A stretch of DNA of 64,000 bases, taken from assembly GCA_964483665.1 (NCBI GenBank), contig CAZACP010000001.1:141896-205895 (forward strand), given 5' to 3'. Shown one piece after another: positions 49,232 through 58,342 of the stretch (position 1 is the stretch's first letter; each line of letters begins with the position of its first letter). The stretch is from an uncultured Candidatus Saccharibacteria bacterium (GTDB lineage Bacteria; Patescibacteriota; Doudnabacteria; UBA920). The notes below the pieces were generated by a model, which saw only the letters and a list, made by a program, of their open reading frames with translations, made no database searches and was not told the DNA's origin. Both the position numbers and the translations under genes were made by a program.

Positions 49232-52009
49232 CTATTTTAGGTGATATGGGGCATTTATCATGCCACACTTTTTGTACTTATAAACTTTACCAGTTTCTGG
49301 ATTTATCGCTCCGCATGGGCAAGGGTCGTTCCTGCCAACTTCCAATGAATCATTATTAGTGGACGATGATGTAACGCTGTCAGATGCAACAGAATTTAAT
49401 ACAATATTTCTTTGGGCTGGGGCTGTTCCGCCAGCTGGCGGATGTATTTGCGCCTGGATTTTAAATATCATATAGGCCATTTGCTTGTTTATTTCGGCCG
49501 TCAGCCTCTGAAACATTAAATGACCTTCTTTTTTGTATTCAACCAGCGGGTCGCGCTGGCCATAGCCTCTAAGCCTTACTGAGTCTCGTAAATGGTCCAT
49601 GGTATCCAAATGCTCCATCCAGAGCTCGTCTATGCTTGAAAGAGCGACAAACCGCAAAGCGCCGTCAAACACTTCCGGCCCCATTTCGGTTTCCTTTTTA
49701 GTAAACAATTCTTCAGCTACTTTATTTAACTCATCTGTAATGGCAAACTCTTCGTCCGCGGCATTTTTTGAGGCTTCTTTTATTCTTTCTTTTAGCGAAC
49801 TATCTACCGGCATTAACATGCCCGCGGATTTTATAACTTCTTCGTACGGATCTGAGTTATTTTCCCCGGCAGATTCATAAGCAAATTTTACTATATTTGC
49901 GATTTCGTCCTTTATTATATTTAAGTATTCATCCCTAAGTTGTTTTTCGTCTTCTTTAAGTTCGCTTTGTTTTACTAAACCGGGCAAATATTTTCGGCGA
50001 AGCTTGTAAATATGATTACGCTGATGGTTAAGCACATCGTCAAATTCCAGCACGTGTTTTCGGGTGTCAAAGTTAAGTCCCTCAATTTTTTTCTGCGCGG
50101 ATTCAATCGATTTACTAACCATCCCTGCTTCTATAGGCTGGTCGTCGGGAAGTCCCAAGGTTGTCATTATAGACTTCATTCGTTCGCCGCCAAACAGGCG
50201 CATTAGGTCGTCTTCCATTGAAACAAAAAATTGGCTGCTGCCTGGGTCGCCCTGACGCCCGCTACGACCCCTAAGCTGGTTGTCTATGCGGCGCGACTCG
50301 TGCCGTTCTGTGCCTAAAACATGCAATCCCCCGGCTTTTTTAACTTCTTCGGCTTCAGCAATAACATCCGGGCCGTTAGGTCCTGAGCCTGCCGAAGGGT
50401 TACCACCAAGCAATATGTCCACACCGCGTCCGGCAATGTTAGTAGCGAGTGTAATTTGGCCTAAGCGCCCGGCCTGAGCTATTATGCTGGCTTCACGTTC
50501 ATGATTTTTGGCGTTTAAAATTTCAAAAGGCAAACCCTCTTTTTTTAGGTAGTCTGCCAAAAGCTCGTTTTTGGCAATGCTAACCGTACCAATTAATACC
50601 GGTTGGCCTTTTCTGTGCCGCTCTTTAATTTCTTTGGCTATGGCCGTAAACTTCGCGTCTTCGGTTTTATAAACCATGTCCTGTAAGTCCTGCCTTTGGT
50701 TTGGCTTGTTAGTAGGAATTTGTTCAACAGTTAGCTTATAAATTTTGAAGAATTCTTCTTCTTCAGTTTTAGCCGTACCGGTCATACCGGACAGAAACCA
50801 ATAGAGCCTAAAAAGATTTTGGAAGGTAATGGTTGCCAAAGTTTTGCTTTCGGCCTGAATTTTTACGCCTTCCTTAGCTTCTATCGCTTGGTGCAGACCC
50901 TCCGAGTACCTTCTACCAAACATCATGCGGCCGGTAAATTCGTCCACAATAATAATTTCGCCGTCCTTAACTACATAATCGCGGTCTTTTTTAAACAAAG
51001 TCTTAGCCTTTAAAGCCTGCTCAATATGGTGTATGGTAGTAACGCCCTTAGAAGTGTCGTAAATATTTTTCACGCCCAGAATTTTTTCTATTTTGGTAAT
51101 ACCGGCGTCAGTTAAAGAAGTGGCTTTCTTTTTTTCGTCTATAACATAGTCTGTGGCTTCATCTAATTTTTCCACTATTTTGGCAAAATCAACATACTTA
51201 GATGTCGCGTCGGTATCGGGCGAACTTATAATTAAAGGAGTTCTGGCTTCGTCAATTAAAATTGAGTCGACTTCATCCACAATCGCAAAGAATAATTCTC
51301 TTTGCGAAAGTTGCATGGCGTGCTGCGCCATATTGTCGCGTAAATAGTCGAACCCAAACTCGTTGTTAGTACCATAAGTAATGTCGGCTGCGTAAGCTTC
51401 TTTGCGAGAAACCTTTCTCATATGCTTCACGTCTAAAACCAAGCCCTGTACCTGGCCTTCCACAGCTTTTATTTCTTCTTCATCGGGCTGGTAACTAGGG
51501 TCGTAAAGGAAAGACGCTTCGTGCTGAATAGAAGCAACACTAAGACCCAGGTAGTGGTAAATAGGTCCCATTAAAGAAGCCTGCCACCTGGCCAAATAGT
51601 CGTTAACAGTAACTAAATGAGCGCCTTTGCCGGCCAAAGCGTACAAGACCAACGGCAAACTTGCGGTTAGAGTCTTGCCTTCCCCGGTTTTCATTTCCGC
51701 AATGCGGTTGTCAGACAAAGCCATACCGCCAACTATTTGGACATCGTAATGTCTTTGGCCAGTAGTGCGTTTTGCCGCTTCCCTTACAAGCGCAAAAACC
51801 CTTGGCCTAATTTCGGTTAATTTCTCTTTGATTTCTTCCTTTGTCTTTAAATCTCCAATTTGCAATTTAAAATCTAAAATTTCTTTCTTTATTTGGTCTT
51901 CTGTCAGTTTAGACACCTCATCGTTAAAAGAATTTACCAAGTCCAAATCGCCCTGGTACTTTTCCAAAGCTGGCTTTTCCCCGCCAAATAATTTGCTAAA
52001 AAACGACAT
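49232..52009 (-). CDS. secA: preprotein translocase ATPase SecA
   Basis: DEAD-like motor motifs and a C-terminal zinc-binding CPCG...KKCG. Start set at MSFFSKLFGG rather than the ORF-track extension to 52147. Confidence 0.95.
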   Translation of the reverse strand: MSFFSKLFGGEKPALEKYQGDLDLVNSFNDEVSKLTEDQIKKEILDFKLQIGDLKTKEEIKEKLTEIRPRVFALVREAAKRTTGQRHYDVQIVGGMALSDNRIAEMKTGEGKTLTASLPLVLYALAGKGAHLVTVNDYLARWQASLMGPIYHYLGLSVASIQHEASFLYDPSYQPDEEEIKAVEGQVQGLVLDVKHMRKVSRKEAYAADITYGTNNEFGFDYLRDNMAQHAMQLSQRELFFAIVDEVDSILIDEARTPLIISSPDTDATSKYVDFAKIVEKLDEATDYVIDEKKKATSLTDAGITKIEKILGVKNIYDTSKGVTTIHHIEQALKAKTLFKKDRDYVVKDGEIIIVDEFTGRMMFGRRYSEGLHQAIEAKEGVKIQAESKTLATITFQNLFRLYWFLSGMTGTAKTEEEEFFKIYKLTVEQIPTNKPNQRQDLQDMVYKTEDAKFTAIAKEIKERHRKGQPVLIGTVSIAKNELLADYLKKEGLPFEILNAKNHEREASIIAQAGRLGQITLATNIAGRGVDILLGGNPSAGSGPNGPDVIAEAEEVKKAGGLHVLGTERHESRRIDNQLRGRSGRQGDPGSSQFFVSMEDDLMRLFGGERMKSIMTTLGLPDDQPIEAGMVSKSIESAQKKIEGLNFDTRKHVLEFDDVLNHQRNHIYKLRRKYLPGLVKQSELKEDEKQLRDEYLNIIKDEIANIVKFAYESAGENNSDPYEEVIKSAGMLMPVDSSLKERIKEASKNAADEEFAITDELNKVAEELFTKKETEMGPEVFDGALRFVALSSIDELWMEHLDTMDHLRDSVRLRGYGQRDPLVEYKKEGHLMFQRLTAEINKQMAYMIFKIQAQIHPPAGGTAPAQRNIVLNSVASDSVTSSSTNNDSLEVGRNDPCPCGAINPETGKVYKYKKCGMINAPYHLK

Positions 52010-52505
52010 AGTAGTTTTAAACAATATAACTCTCTCCAAGAATCCAAGAGATGTCCCGTATTTGCGGGACAGAGAGGTTGATATTAACGTCTTTAAATGC
52101 CTCGATATTATACTATATATACACCAATTTGAAAACCCTAAAAACAAAGAGAAAGGCCGCCGTCAAAACATCATGACGGCGCCGAGTCACCGGCCGATTT
52201 TAGCGAACATTTTTGCAGATCGCGCATAAAAAATACCCTAGTAACACGATTATCAAATGTAGCTGCTAAAAACGAGCAGTCGCCTACAAACACCACACGG
52301 AACTCCTGTCCTTCAAACTCAAAACAGAGTCCATTGTAAAGCATCATTTTTCCCCTCATTCTTCGCAGGCAAGTCCAGGCACTTGTCTTTCCTGCCTTGT
52401 GTATTTGCACTGGCAACTAGCCCCAAAATAACCAGTTGCCAATTCAAATTTCGAGTCCTTTTGCACTTGCGTACTAGCCTGCCCGCCGAAGCTTTAACGA
52501 AGGAG

Positions 52506-52526
52506 GGTACACTGAAACATAAAGAT
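52506..52526. repeat. copy A of the repeat family GTACRCTGAARCAWAMAG..AAGAT (upstream of secA)
   Basis: gtacactgaaacataaagatg. Also a gcgtactag half-palindrome at 52468-52476. Confidence 0.5.
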
Positions 52527-52571
52527 GGGCGGCAGGTTTCCTAGGCCTGCCGCAATTGTAAACGCAAGGAC

Positions 52572-52898
52572 TTAATCTGTGATCCAGCCACCTTGCGCGA
52601 CGTTTGAAAAATCGTAAACTTGTTGATAGTCAGGCTTATACTGAGCCAGCAATGGTTCTATTGTTGGGTAGAATTTTTCATCTACCATTGCACTAATAAT
52701 TTTACTGCTTCCGTCCGCCTCGGAGCGCAGATCAATGTGCGCGACACTTGTTCCATTGCGCTTAAGTGTGACAGAAACATCTGCCAACCCAAGCTCAGTT
52801 CCTTCAAACAATAAAGAGCCTAAAATCTCAGAGATTTTTTCAAACACTTTTCCCTCTTTCCTTGCAAGCGAGTACCCAAGCGCTCTTACCGCCTGCAT
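52572..52898 (-). CDS. hypothetical protein (109 aa)
   Basis: C-terminal 109 aa of the ORF-track entry look protein-like. The N-terminal extension is hydrophobic junk containing a repeat copy, so the start was moved to MQAVRALG. Confidence 0.45.
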   Translation of the reverse strand: MQAVRALGYSLARKEGKVFEKISEILGSLLFEGTELGLADVSVTLKRNGTSVAHIDLRSEADGSSKIISAMVDEKFYPTIEPLLAQYKPDYQQVYDFSNVAQGGWITD

Positions 52899-52950
52899 TG
52901 TAGTTTTGCGCTGGATTAAATACACATCAAGTAACTTAAGCACTAAGATG

Positions 52951-52974
52951 CTAGTACACTGAAGCAAAAAGATG
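52951..52974. repeat. copy B of the repeat family (ctagtacactgaagcaaaaagatg)
   Basis: Upstream of the 109-aa gene. Confidence 0.5.
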
Positions 52975-53165
52975 TGAACCAGGCCAAAACAAAACCACCT
53001 TCCGCAAAGGAAAGTGGTTAGAAAGAAGATTAATCCGCCGATTGACGAAAACACTAAACCACGAACTTTGCGAAAGAAGGCAAAGTCCACCAAGCTGAAA
53101 CTGTATATTTTATAACTGCTTTACTCATATTGCTAGTTTATAGCACAGCAAAACCTTTGTCAATA

Positions 53166-53201
53166 GCGTACTAGTACGCTGAAACATACAGTAAAAAAGA
53201 T
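53166..53201. promoter_or_regulatory. 14-bp perfect palindrome GCGTACTAGTACGC (trp-operator-like) + repeat copy C
   Basis: gcgtactagtacgc followed by tgaaacatacagtaaaaaagat. Lies in the divergent promoter region. Confidence 0.6.
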
Positions 53202-53251
53202 TTCACCTAATTATTCACAACCCGATTTACAAAAAAACTTTTATGTTCTAT

Positions 53252-53263
53252 TGTACTAGTACA
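53252..53263. promoter_or_regulatory. 12-bp perfect palindrome TGTACTAGTACA, 17 nt upstream of the TrpR/YerC-like start codon
   Basis: Perfect dyad containing the CTAG core. Overlaps the likely promoter/RBS of the regulator gene. Confidence 0.6.
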
Positions 53264-53279
53264 GTAACGTAAAAGGCTT

Positions 53280-53573
53280 ATGCAATACAAACACGAGTAT
53301 GGTATGGAGCTAGAAAAATTAATAGAAAAAATTGGGCAGGGTAAAGACAAAAAACTTATGCGTGAGTTTTTGTTTGACCTGCTCTCCCCCGCCGAGTACC
53401 GCGAACTTGCCGTCCGCTGGCAAATTGTTAAAATGCTTGAAAACAAAGTTCCGCACAGAGAAATCGCAAAAAAACTTAAGGTTAGCGTGGCAACCATAAA
53501 CCGGGGTAGTATGGAACTGGCCAATAAAAAAGGCGGCTTTAAGGCCGCGCTTGGGAAGTATTATAAATCTTAG
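53280..53573 (+). CDS. TrpR/YerC-family HTH DNA-binding protein (97 aa)
   Basis: LLSPAEYRELAVRWQIVKMLENKVPHREIAKKLKVSVATINRGS matches the TrpR-like (YerC/YecD) helix-turn-helix. Confidence 0.7.
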   Translation: MQYKHEYGMELEKLIEKIGQGKDKKLMREFLFDLLSPAEYRELAVRWQIVKMLENKVPHREIAKKLKVSVATINRGSMELANKKGGFKAALGKYYKS

Positions 53574-53670
53574 GTTTTGCTTGGTTTCTGGATCCCGGAT
53601 ATTTTTTGCCGATGTTAGCATAGTACAAAAAAATTCCGGGATGACAGTGTTTTGATGTTAAATTCTTAGA

Positions 53671-54000
53671 TTACACACCTTTAGCCATTCTTCTGGCTTT
53701 TTTTATCTTACTCAATTTTTTTTCTTTTGCTTTAGCCAACTGCTCGCGAATTTTTGGCATTACTAAATCCATAGCCGAATAAAAGTCCATACCATAACTT
53801 TCCGCATAGCAGCCGTTGGGCTTTATATCTACTTCCGCTCTGTTAAACATGCCGTTTTTATGGCGCTTTGAAACTTCTAGTTCGACGTGGATTTTGTGTT
53901 CAGGTTTTAAAAATTTTTCAACTGAGGAAAGCTTGTCTTCTATAAATGCCTTTATAGCCGGGGTTAAGGTGGTATTGGTTGCTTTGTAGCTAATATTCAT
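53671..54000 (-). CDS. hpf: ribosome hibernation promoting factor (HPF/RaiA, short form)
   Basis: MNISYKATNTTLTPAIKAFIEDKL... beta-alpha-beta-beta-beta-alpha fold family sequence. Confidence 0.85.
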   Translation of the reverse strand: MNISYKATNTTLTPAIKAFIEDKLSSVEKFLKPEHKIHVELEVSKRHKNGMFNRAEVDIKPNGCYAESYGMDFYSAMDLVMPKIREQLAKAKEKKLSKIKKARRMAKGV

Positions 54001-54070
54001 AGTTCACAGATGCACCGATGTCACTGATGACACAGGTGCTATAAATTATTATTCAGTTACCTACATTATA

Positions 54071-55252
54071 TCACACTAATTCTTTTAAATCAGACTCAAA
54101 AAAACCTACTAATTCAGGCTCTATGTGGATATTAATTTGGAGTTTATCGTAAATGGTTTTTTTGACCATTTTTGCTAAATTTAATACGTCTTTGGCTGTA
54201 GCAAGACCATTTTTATTAATAATAACCAAAGGCTGATTTTTATTTATAGCCGCTCCGCCAAACTCCAAGTCTTTTATACCGCATAACTCAAACAAAAACG
54301 CTGTAGGAATTTTAATGTTTTTATCTTCAACAAATTTCCTGCTGTCCAACCCGTTAAATTCCGCATGGCCCCAAAGTTCCTTAACTTTTTCCGCCAATTC
54401 CGCGTAACCGTTTTCATTTGTGACGTAATTTTTAAAAAATGAGCCCGCGTTACCTAAAACAGCTTCGGTTGGGAAAGGAAATTTGCCGTCTCGTATATCT
54501 ATAACAGACCGGCGAATTGATAAAAGGGAGGGGTTTGGAGTCCCGGAAAATCTTATAGCGAGGTCGCGATAATTTAAAATAGGATTTGGGTTTTTATAAA
54601 GTTTAAAAGTAATATAAAAAATTATATACCGGCCTTTTTGAGTTGTGTTAAAAATGCTCGAGCGGTACTCAAACCCGCAAGCTTCGTTTTTTAAATTGGT
54701 TATTTCGTGAGTTTTGGTGTCAAAAACCGTTACCGATTCAATAACATTTTTTGCTTCCTGGCCGTAGGCGCCAACGTTCTGAACCGCAATAGCGCCGGTA
54801 GAGCCCGGAATGTGCGACAAATTTTCTATCCCCCACCAGTTATTTTTAACCGCAAAAGCAACCACACTGTCCCAATTTTCACCGGACGCGACTTTAAGCA
54901 AAACTGAGTTTTTTTCCATTCCGAGGCTTTGCGAGGAATCCCTTTTTTTGATTTTATCATCATGCTTAAGGGATCCCTCGGCCGCACTCGGGATGGTTAA
55001 TGCATCAGAACTTCCTATTACCTCAATCCCGCTATTTGCGACTCTTATCACTAGCCCGTTAAATCCACTATCGCTAATTAAAACATTACTTCCGCCCCCC
55101 AAAATAAACACCGGCAAATTTTTTTCTTTGGCAAATTCAAAAGCCGTTAAAGCGTCAAACTGGTCTTTAACTTCGCAAAAATATTTTGCCTCCCCGCCTA
55201 TTTTAAAGGTGGTGTAAGGCGCTAATTTTATTTTTTCTATAATTTGCATCAA
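54071..55252 (-). CDS. murB: UDP-N-acetylenolpyruvoylglucosamine reductase with a ~60-aa insertion
   Basis: FAD-binding N-terminus (KIGGEAKYF, LGGGSNVL) and C-terminal MurB motifs. Has an extra low-complexity insert. Confidence 0.85.
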   Translation of the reverse strand: MMQIIEKIKLAPYTTFKIGGEAKYFCEVKDQFDALTAFEFAKEKNLPVFILGGGSNVLISDSGFNGLVIRVANSGIEVIGSSDALTIPSAAEGSLKHDDKIKKRDSSQSLGMEKNSVLLKVASGENWDSVVAFAVKNNWWGIENLSHIPGSTGAIAVQNVGAYGQEAKNVIESVTVFDTKTHEITNLKNEACGFEYRSSIFNTTQKGRYIIFYITFKLYKNPNPILNYRDLAIRFSGTPNPSLLSIRRSVIDIRDGKFPFPTEAVLGNAGSFFKNYVTNENGYAELAEKVKELWGHAEFNGLDSRKFVEDKNIKIPTAFLFELCGIKDLEFGGAAINKNQPLVIINKNGLATAKDVLNLAKMVKKTIYDKLQINIHIEPELVGFFESDLKELV

Positions 55253-55370
55253 CTTTTGATATTTTGCAAAGACTTATATTTTTCATCAAGCGCAGTAATT
55301 ACCCCTTCTACTGTTGTCATCTCATTAAAACCCTCTTGTTTAAGCTCAAGCAGTGCTTTAAATAAATATA

Positions 55371-55694
55371 TTACAGTTTTATCTTCAACATTAAAAGTAG
55401 TTTGCCGGTTTCGTAAAGCAGCAGAGCCTTATTGCCAAAAAATTTATACAGGGAGCCAAAAGTTGTTTCCGACTTAATTTCACCATTTCTCGTATTTATA
55501 TCTAAGCAGGTCAGAGCCAACAAGAGCATTTCCCTCCTTTGCTTTATATTTTGCTCAACAGACTGAATAAAATCGGCAGTTTGTAAAAATTCTTCCCACT
55601 CTTTTGCTTTGTCTATTTCTCCTTGTGTCTTACCTGCCGGAAAAACCTTTCTAAATTCCTCTTCATCAAAATTAAATTCGGCGTTATTTTGCAT
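55371..55694 (-). CDS. hypothetical protein (107 aa)
   Basis: ORF between murC and murB. Confidence 0.45.
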   Translation of the reverse strand: MQNNAEFNFDEEEFRKVFPAGKTQGEIDKAKEWEEFLQTADFIQSVEQNIKQRREMLLLALTCLDINTRNGEIKSETTFGSLYKFFGNKALLLYETGKLLLMLKIKL

Positions 55695-55699
55695 AAAAT

Positions 55700-57148
55700 C
55701 TATATTTCGTAACTTAGCCGGTTAAAATCCCCCACTGCCATAACAACTACCACATCCCCTTCCTTGGTTTCCTTTTTTAAAATTTCTAAAGCTTCTTGTT
55801 TGGTTTTAACAAGACGCTTGCGGTCTGCGGGCAGGCCGAGGGCCTGCACTACATCGGAAGACGATATTGTAGCTTCTGAAACTTTTTCACGCGCGGGGTA
55901 GATTTCCGCAATTAAAACTTGGTCTGCCGCACCAAAAGCCTTTGACAATTCATTTAAAGTGGCTTTGGTGCGTGAAAACGTATGGGGCTCAAAAATTGCC
56001 CACAACTTAGGCGCTTGGTTTTGACTATTCGCTTTTAGGCCAGAAAAATACTTTAGACGGGCGGCTTCTAGTGTCTCACGGACCGCTGTCGGGTGGTGTG
56101 CATAGTCGTCTATTATTGTTACCCCGTTTTTAACACCAATAACCTCGAATCTGCGCTTTAAGCCGGTAAAGGTTACTAAATCCAACGCAATCTGATCGGG
56201 CTGAAAACCCAAAGATCTTAAAATTGCCACAACTGCCAAGGCATTGTAGACATTTAATTTTCCCGGCAGCTGGATTTGATAGTCTTCAGTCAAACCAAGA
56301 GCCTTGGCGCTAAGGTTTTTGGAAAATTTATTTATGACTGAAAACTTGGTATATTGGCCGTACTGGATATTTTCGACTTTGTAGTCTGCTTCATTTTCTA
56401 TACCAAAACTAGCGCTGGCCACATTAGACTCATTAACCAGCTTAACCAAATTTGGGTCATCAGCGTTGTAAATTATTAGCCCGTCTTCCGGCAAATTGGC
56501 AATTAACTGCCTAAATTCGTCTTCTAAAGCTTCCAAGCTTTCAAAAATGTCCGGGTGGTCGTATTCCAAGTTAGTTAAAACCAAAATATCGGGCTTGTAA
56601 TAGTGAAATTTTGGCGCCGGGTCGTCAAACTGTTCTTTGTATTCGTCGCCCTCAAACACAAAATAGTGCCCGTTGCCCAAAGAAAAATTGCTATGATAAT
56701 TTTGCAAAACCGCGCCGGCCATAAAACTGCTGTCGTCCAAATTTTTTAAGACATGGCCTAACATGGCGGTAGTGGTCGACTTGCCGTGAGTGCCGGTTAC
56801 TACAACTCGCAAATTTTCCCTGCTTAATTCATACAGCAGTTCGGCCAATCCGGCCCTGGGCAAATTGTTTTGGATTATATATTTAGCCTCCGGGTTTTCC
56901 AAACCCTCTCCGGCTGAAAGAATATATAAATCCGCCGGGTGTTTTTTTATATTTTCTTCGGCGTAGCCTATTGTGTAGCCAATTTCATTGTCATCCAGCA
57001 CGTCTTTGGCCGGCGAATATACGGATTTTGAATCTGAACCAAAAACTTCAAGGCCTTTTAACTTGGCCAAGTTCGCGCAAGCTGACATAGCGATTCCGCC
57101 AATGCCGACAAAATAGACTGAATTAACTTTTTCAAAATTTTCTAGCAT
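55700..57148 (-). CDS. murC: UDP-N-acetylmuramate--L-alanine ligase (MurC; Mpl-like not excluded)
   Basis: GIGGIAMS N-terminal motif, Mur ligase P-loop GTHGKSTT. Confidence 0.85.
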   Translation of the reverse strand: MLENFEKVNSVYFVGIGGIAMSACANLAKLKGLEVFGSDSKSVYSPAKDVLDDNEIGYTIGYAEENIKKHPADLYILSAGEGLENPEAKYIIQNNLPRAGLAELLYELSRENLRVVVTGTHGKSTTTAMLGHVLKNLDDSSFMAGAVLQNYHSNFSLGNGHYFVFEGDEYKEQFDDPAPKFHYYKPDILVLTNLEYDHPDIFESLEALEDEFRQLIANLPEDGLIIYNADDPNLVKLVNESNVASASFGIENEADYKVENIQYGQYTKFSVINKFSKNLSAKALGLTEDYQIQLPGKLNVYNALAVVAILRSLGFQPDQIALDLVTFTGLKRRFEVIGVKNGVTIIDDYAHHPTAVRETLEAARLKYFSGLKANSQNQAPKLWAIFEPHTFSRTKATLNELSKAFGAADQVLIAEIYPAREKVSEATISSSDVVQALGLPADRKRLVKTKQEALEILKKETKEGDVVVVMAVGDFNRLSYEI

Positions 57149-58253
57149 TCTCGGTTATTTCCTTAATAATTATTTTAGCAATCTTTTCGTCCGAATTCCT
57201 AGGCATAATTTTAGAAATTTGCGAAGAAAGGGTTTTTTGAACGCTTAGGTTAAATAACAAATCCCTGACAACTTTGTTTAAAACCCGGGCGGTTAAAAGC
57301 GACTGCTCTATTACAATAGCCGCGCCCAGGCTGTGCATTAGCCAGGCATTTAACTGCTGGTGGCTTTTAGGCATTGGAACCAGTATGGAAACCTTTTTTA
57401 AATTGGACAATTCGGTTAGGGTAGAAAGACCGCAGCGCGAAAGCACAATATCGGCCGCGGCGTAAGCTTCACCCATACTGGCAGTAAATTCCATAGGAAA
57501 GTAGTTTGGCCGAACTTCCGAAAGACTCTTGCCGCTGCCGGCAATATGTATTACCTGAATGAATTTTGTAAGCTCAGGCAGGGCTGTAATTATAACCTTA
57601 TTTAGAGCTTCCGAGCCAGTACCGCCGCCTAAAACCAAAAGCGTAGGCAATTCTTTTTTTAAATTAAAAAATTTTTCGCCGTCGGCTTTGGTAAAGTTTG
57701 CCAAATCTTTCCTAAACGGATTACCTGTTAAAACAACTTTGTCCTTAAGCTTTTTGTAAAATAAGCCGACGCCATTTTGAAAATCCGTTAGAGATTTTTC
57801 AAAAGTTACGGTAATTTTGCCAGCCGGGATTTGACAAAGCTTGTTTGCCAAACTCGGCACAATGTCTTGCTGGTGCAAAATGACCGGAATACCCGCAAAA
57901 TACGCGGCCCAAACCACCGGCACTTGTACAAAGCTGCCCGTTCCAAATACCGCGTCTGGCTTAAAGTCCTTAATTATTTTTTTTGCCTCAAAAAATCCCG
58001 CAATGGTAAAAAACGGGCTTACAAAATTTTTTAGGGAAAAATATCGCCTAAACTTACCTGCCGGAATGGAAACAAAGTCTAAACCCGCGGCAGCTGCCAT
58101 TTTTTGCTCAGGCCCTATTTTACCGCCGACAAACAAAAATTTAGCGTGCGGCTGTTCTTTTTTTATTGCCTCTGCCACAGCGAGCAACGGGCTAACGCTG
58201 CCCCCGCTGCCCCCGCCGGTTAATAATATTTTCACCCCGTTAAAAGTAGTCAT
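57132..58253 (-). CDS. murG: undecaprenyl-PP-MurNAc-pentapeptide GlcNAc transferase
   Basis: LLTGGGSGGSVSPLLAVAEA N-terminal motif, GT28 fold. Confidence 0.85.
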   Translation of the reverse strand: MTTFNGVKILLTGGGSGGSVSPLLAVAEAIKKEQPHAKFLFVGGKIGPEQKMAAAAGLDFVSIPAGKFRRYFSLKNFVSPFFTIAGFFEAKKIIKDFKPDAVFGTGSFVQVPVVWAAYFAGIPVILHQQDIVPSLANKLCQIPAGKITVTFEKSLTDFQNGVGLFYKKLKDKVVLTGNPFRKDLANFTKADGEKFFNLKKELPTLLVLGGGTGSEALNKVIITALPELTKFIQVIHIAGSGKSLSEVRPNYFPMEFTASMGEAYAAADIVLSRCGLSTLTELSNLKKVSILVPMPKSHQQLNAWLMHSLGAAIVIEQSLLTARVLNKVVRDLLFNLSVQKTLSSQISKIMPRNSDEKIAKIIIKEITENARKF

Positions 58254-58342
58254 TTATGAATTAAGTCTGTAAATTAATTAAATTGAACCCCTTTATATTT
58301 TACTACAACTTCAAACTGGGGGTCGTTAGAAGTTATTATTAA

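Noticed and set aside
52009-52147. N-terminal 46-aa extension of SecA in the ORF track
   Set aside because: The SecA homology begins at MSFFSKLFGG. The extension is hydrophobic junk running into the upstream non-coding region.
52171-52416. 81-aa ORF upstream of secA
   Set aside because: Lies within a GC-rich, hairpin-dense non-coding leader. Cys/Arg-rich translation looks like a by-product of GC-rich structure.
52899-53093. N-terminal 65 aa of ORF 52572..53093
   Set aside because: Hydrophobic, and contains a copy of the promoter-region repeat. The protein-like part starts at MQAVRALG (52898).
53207-53621. Two minus-strand ORFs (105 aa and 100 aa) overlapping the TrpR/YerC-like gene
   Set aside because: Antisense shadows of the plus-strand HTH gene, which has a recognisable family signature and operators directly upstream. 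Translations are low-complexity.
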